Shown in pieces: positions 60,479 through 64,000 of a stretch of 64,000 bases of DNA. Source of the DNA: Sphagnum compactum (taxonomy: Eukaryota); NCBI GenBank assembly GCA_965153455.1, contig OZ234493.1, positions 4,402,001 through 4,466,000 on the forward strand, given 5' to 3'. The notes under the pieces are model-generated. The model ran no database searches and had not been told where the DNA came from. It saw only the letters and a program-made list of their open reading frames with translations. The position numbers and the translations under genes are program-made. How positions within the stretch are numbered: the stretch's first letter is position 1; the number at the start of each line of letters is the position of its first letter.

Positions 60479-61856
60479 TGCTAAATGGGTGCATAGGTAG
60501 GTAGGTGTGTAGGTAAGTAGGTAGGTCGTACAAAGGTGAAAAAAATATAAGTAGGTAGGTAGGTAAGTAAATAATAGGTGGGTGGGTGGGTAATAAGTAA
60601 CACAAAAACAAATTTTGGGTTTTGCAACTTACCTTTTATGAATATATATCAATTAGAAACAACATTTGTGATTAGTGACTATTGAGTTGTTAAACCCATG
60701 TCATTTCACCCATTTAATCATAAAGGACATATACTTGCAAAGACTAGTTGTCTTATCAACTAGGATTTTTTTATTTTCTTTTAATATTGAAATTCCATAT
60801 CATCATTAACTTTGTTTTGACATGTAAAGAACATGCCATGTCAACTTAATCATTTTACTCAACTAAAAATCACAAAATACATTTTGATAGATGGAATACA
60901 TGTGTCAAAAATTTATAAACACATGTTCAATTATGAATCATCACACACGAATAAAAGAAAACATAACCTAACCTAAGTAACCTAGGTAATTAGCCTAACC
61001 AAAAGTCAACCTAACCTAAGCTACGTAGCCTAGGTTAAAAACAAACTTTGACCTCTTAGCCTAGATAGCTTAAACTAGGTTATTTAACCTAGGTTAAATG
61101 TTAGGTATCATAAGTTGTGACTTGAACCCCTCACCTTCACATTAGGGTTCAAGTCCTCATCCATTGTAATACCACATTTTTTAAACTAAGTCTAATAAAT
61201 ATAAAATTATCAAGATTAATTTTTTTAGCCTCAAATTAAATTAGGCCACCTAGGTTGACATAGGTCAACCTACCTACTACCTACCAATCTAACCTAGGTG
61301 AATTTAGGCTAAACATAAACTAAGTTAGTTTAAACATGGTTAAACACAATTACTTTAAATAAAATTGGATAAAAACAATCACATAAGCTAAACATGGCTA
61401 GATTGATATGTAAATTAGAATAAACACAACTATTTAAACTAAACATGGTTATTTACACAATTATTTTGGCTAAACATGGTTAAACACCTTTAAACACAAT
61501 AATTTAGGTTAAGCAAGGTTGATTTTTTTTAATGTATAACTAAATTAATATAATTTATCTTTAGATTATTAATTTGGGCTACAAATGGTTAAACTAATAT
61601 GAATGAAACCAAACATAATTTTAATGTTAAACATGGTTTAAAAATGATAAATTAAACTAAATTTGAATATTTAGATTATATTTGACTAAATTTGGAAATT
61701 TTAAAATAATATTTATTATTGAAGCAATACATGGCTAAATCTAGTTAATTTGTGATAAATTTATAAATTAAATTATTTTATTTAAACTAAATTTGGGTAT
61801 TAAAATGTTGGTCCTATGTGATTTTAATTATTTTTTTAATCATTTTTGTTAACTAC

Positions 61857-62365
61857 ATGAGACATAAGGTTGACCACTAATTGCTAAAGACATTTTTAAT
61901 CATTTCTTTAATTGTGTTGGACATTGTAGTTGTATGGGACAAGTTGTAAAAAACATGTTATGGCATTATGAATATTTTTACCAATCAATGAATGTAATTT
62001 TATTGAAATTAATGTCATGAGTCATTAGGTTGATTACTAATTGTTAAAAACATTTTTAGTTGTTTCCTTAATAGTGTTGGACATTATAGTTACACATAAA
62101 ACAAGTCATAAAAAACATGTTTTGGCATTATGAACACTTTTAACCAATCAATAAATGCAATTTTATTGAAAATTACTAACATGAATCATTAGGTGATTAC
62201 TAGATACGAAAAAGATTTTTAGTCATTTTCTTAATCGTGTAAGACATTGTAGTTGCATAGGACAAGTCATAAAATACATGTTTTGACATTATGAACACTT
62301 TTGACCAATCAATAAATGTAATTTTATTGAAATTAATGTTATGAATCGTGAAGTTGACTGCTTAT
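61857..62365. repeat. Tandem repeat, ~161 bp period, ~3.1 copies
   Basis: Unit starts catgag/catgaa at ~61857, 62017, 62180 and 62340. Shared core: gtgttggacatt.tagtt...acaagtcataaaaaacatgttttggcattatgaa...accaatcaat.aatg.aattttattgaaatta. Confidence 0.9.
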
Positions 62366-64000
62366 TGTAACACCTTGTTGACACATGGCATTCCACATCA
62401 TCATCATTATAAATTGAGTAATTATTAATTAGTATTAATCACAAAAATAAACAATATTTTTGAATTTCTAATTTTAAATCATTCAAATATATTAATATAA
62501 ATTCAAATATATTGATAATATATTTACCAAAAATTTGAACAAGTTGTCACATTGACTATAATCACCAAACTATGATGCCACATGGCATCTTGATGTCTTT
62601 TGCAACTACATAGTAATTTTTGTGACCAAGTAATTATAAACATAGTTGAAAAATAATAATCATTTTATAAACCGATCACAAAACCCAATATGTGTTGTGT
62701 AAATATGTAATTAACTAGGTAAATAGGTGGGTGAATAGGTAAGAAGTATATACATAAAGTAGTAGACCATGTTGCATTTGATTAAAGATCATTGGTCATA
62801 TTGACTAAATGTTCCACTTGACTAAAAATTATTAGTTATTTTAATTAAAGATCATTGATCATATTAATTAAAATGTTTCATTTAACTAAAGACCATCGGT
62901 CATTTTGACTAAGGTTGTACAACTTGACAATATATATCTAGTCAAATAAATCATTATAATCAAGTTGATTAATCAAAAAATACACGTGTCATCAAACCCC
63001 TTGCCTTTAGTCAAAATGTACATGTCCATTAATCAAAAATCACAAATTAGCCAAAATTTGAACCTCTTTAAAAATCATGATTCGTAATTGTGAAAACATT
63101 GAATACAAAAAACAAAATATTTTTTGGTTAGTTTCACATTGTCATGAAACAAACTTGAATAATATCATTGCATAGATGCAAAGCAATGGATTTTGAAACA
63201 ACAAAGCTTTCATTATTTGAACACGCTTTAAGAACAAACACACAAGTTGCAAATGAAAGAAATGGGAGGCTAAGGATGGATCTTATCTTTGTAAATCAAT
63301 GGCTTAATTTTTTTAGTTATATAAGGTAAAGAACATTATATATAATAAGGTGGGGAAATAACTTTCACATTATTTTGGATATGATATACATATGTATTAC
63401 CCAACATAACAAACATTGGTTCAACCATTTGCTTAATCCTTGGAAGCCTCACTTCAAAATGTGCAAATACCCATGTGGACCCATTTGTTTAAAAACCAAT
63501 GCATAACCTAGTTCATGTGACACTCCATTGTTATTTTAAAAACAATTTAGGTCATTAATGTTGGTTTTTGCAAATATTCTATAATTTTTGAACTAGAACA
63601 TAAATTATTGGAATTATTATTCCGAAAGGTGGTGGATGCATATATGTTTTGGGTCTTCATGGTAGGAGGGTTATGTTTGATTTTGGCGTGCAACTTCATC
63701 ATAATGGATTTTTAAAAATATGTGAACTAAGGTTGAGAACATGTCCATCCACATCCAATTTGTGGGATTTTACAAATGCTTATAACCACATTCAAAATAA
63801 TGTGTAATTTATTTTCCCATTTGCACCAATAACCATGAAAGACTAGGTCCAACGTAGAACAAGGAATTAGTAAATGCCATCACATGGGCAAATCATTGTG
63901 ATCAACCAATCAAAACCAATCATATTTCTTTGTTAGCCATTTTGGATGGGCATATTTTCAAGTCCAATTTTTATTTTATTTTTTTAAAGCTTGAAATTCA

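Overview
This is eukaryotic nuclear DNA from a land plant. Intron-rich genes and the repeat landscape suggest a moss, probably Sphagnum-like (inference). There are no prokaryotic features. Intact genes are: the 3' end of a chloroplast-envelope quinone oxidoreductase homolog (1-316), an 8-exon ferric reduction oxidase FRO (minus, 12070-16260), a head-to-head pair of ribosomal protein genes (RPLP0/uL10 minus 23452-25832; RPS4/eS4 plus 26529-29558) sharing a ~290 bp telo-box-rich bidirectional promoter, and a ~20-exon Raf-like MAPKKK (plus, 44394-53457). RPLP0 introns host two paralogous dual-guide C/D snoRNAs, an unusual minimal C/D (K-turn) element between them, and a further orphan C/D candidate. 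The Raf linker is built from nine consecutive frame-symmetric phase-2 exons. Two decayed multi-exon genes are present: one of unknown family with recurrent in-frame TGA stops, and one ARID-like. Mobile-element traces include two solo LTRs with perfect 5-bp TSDs, a Tourist/Harbinger MITE with a TGA TSD, and hAT and kinase relics; there are also several tandem-repeat arrays. Gene models were assembled by eye from GT-AG signals and protein-family memory. No database search was run.
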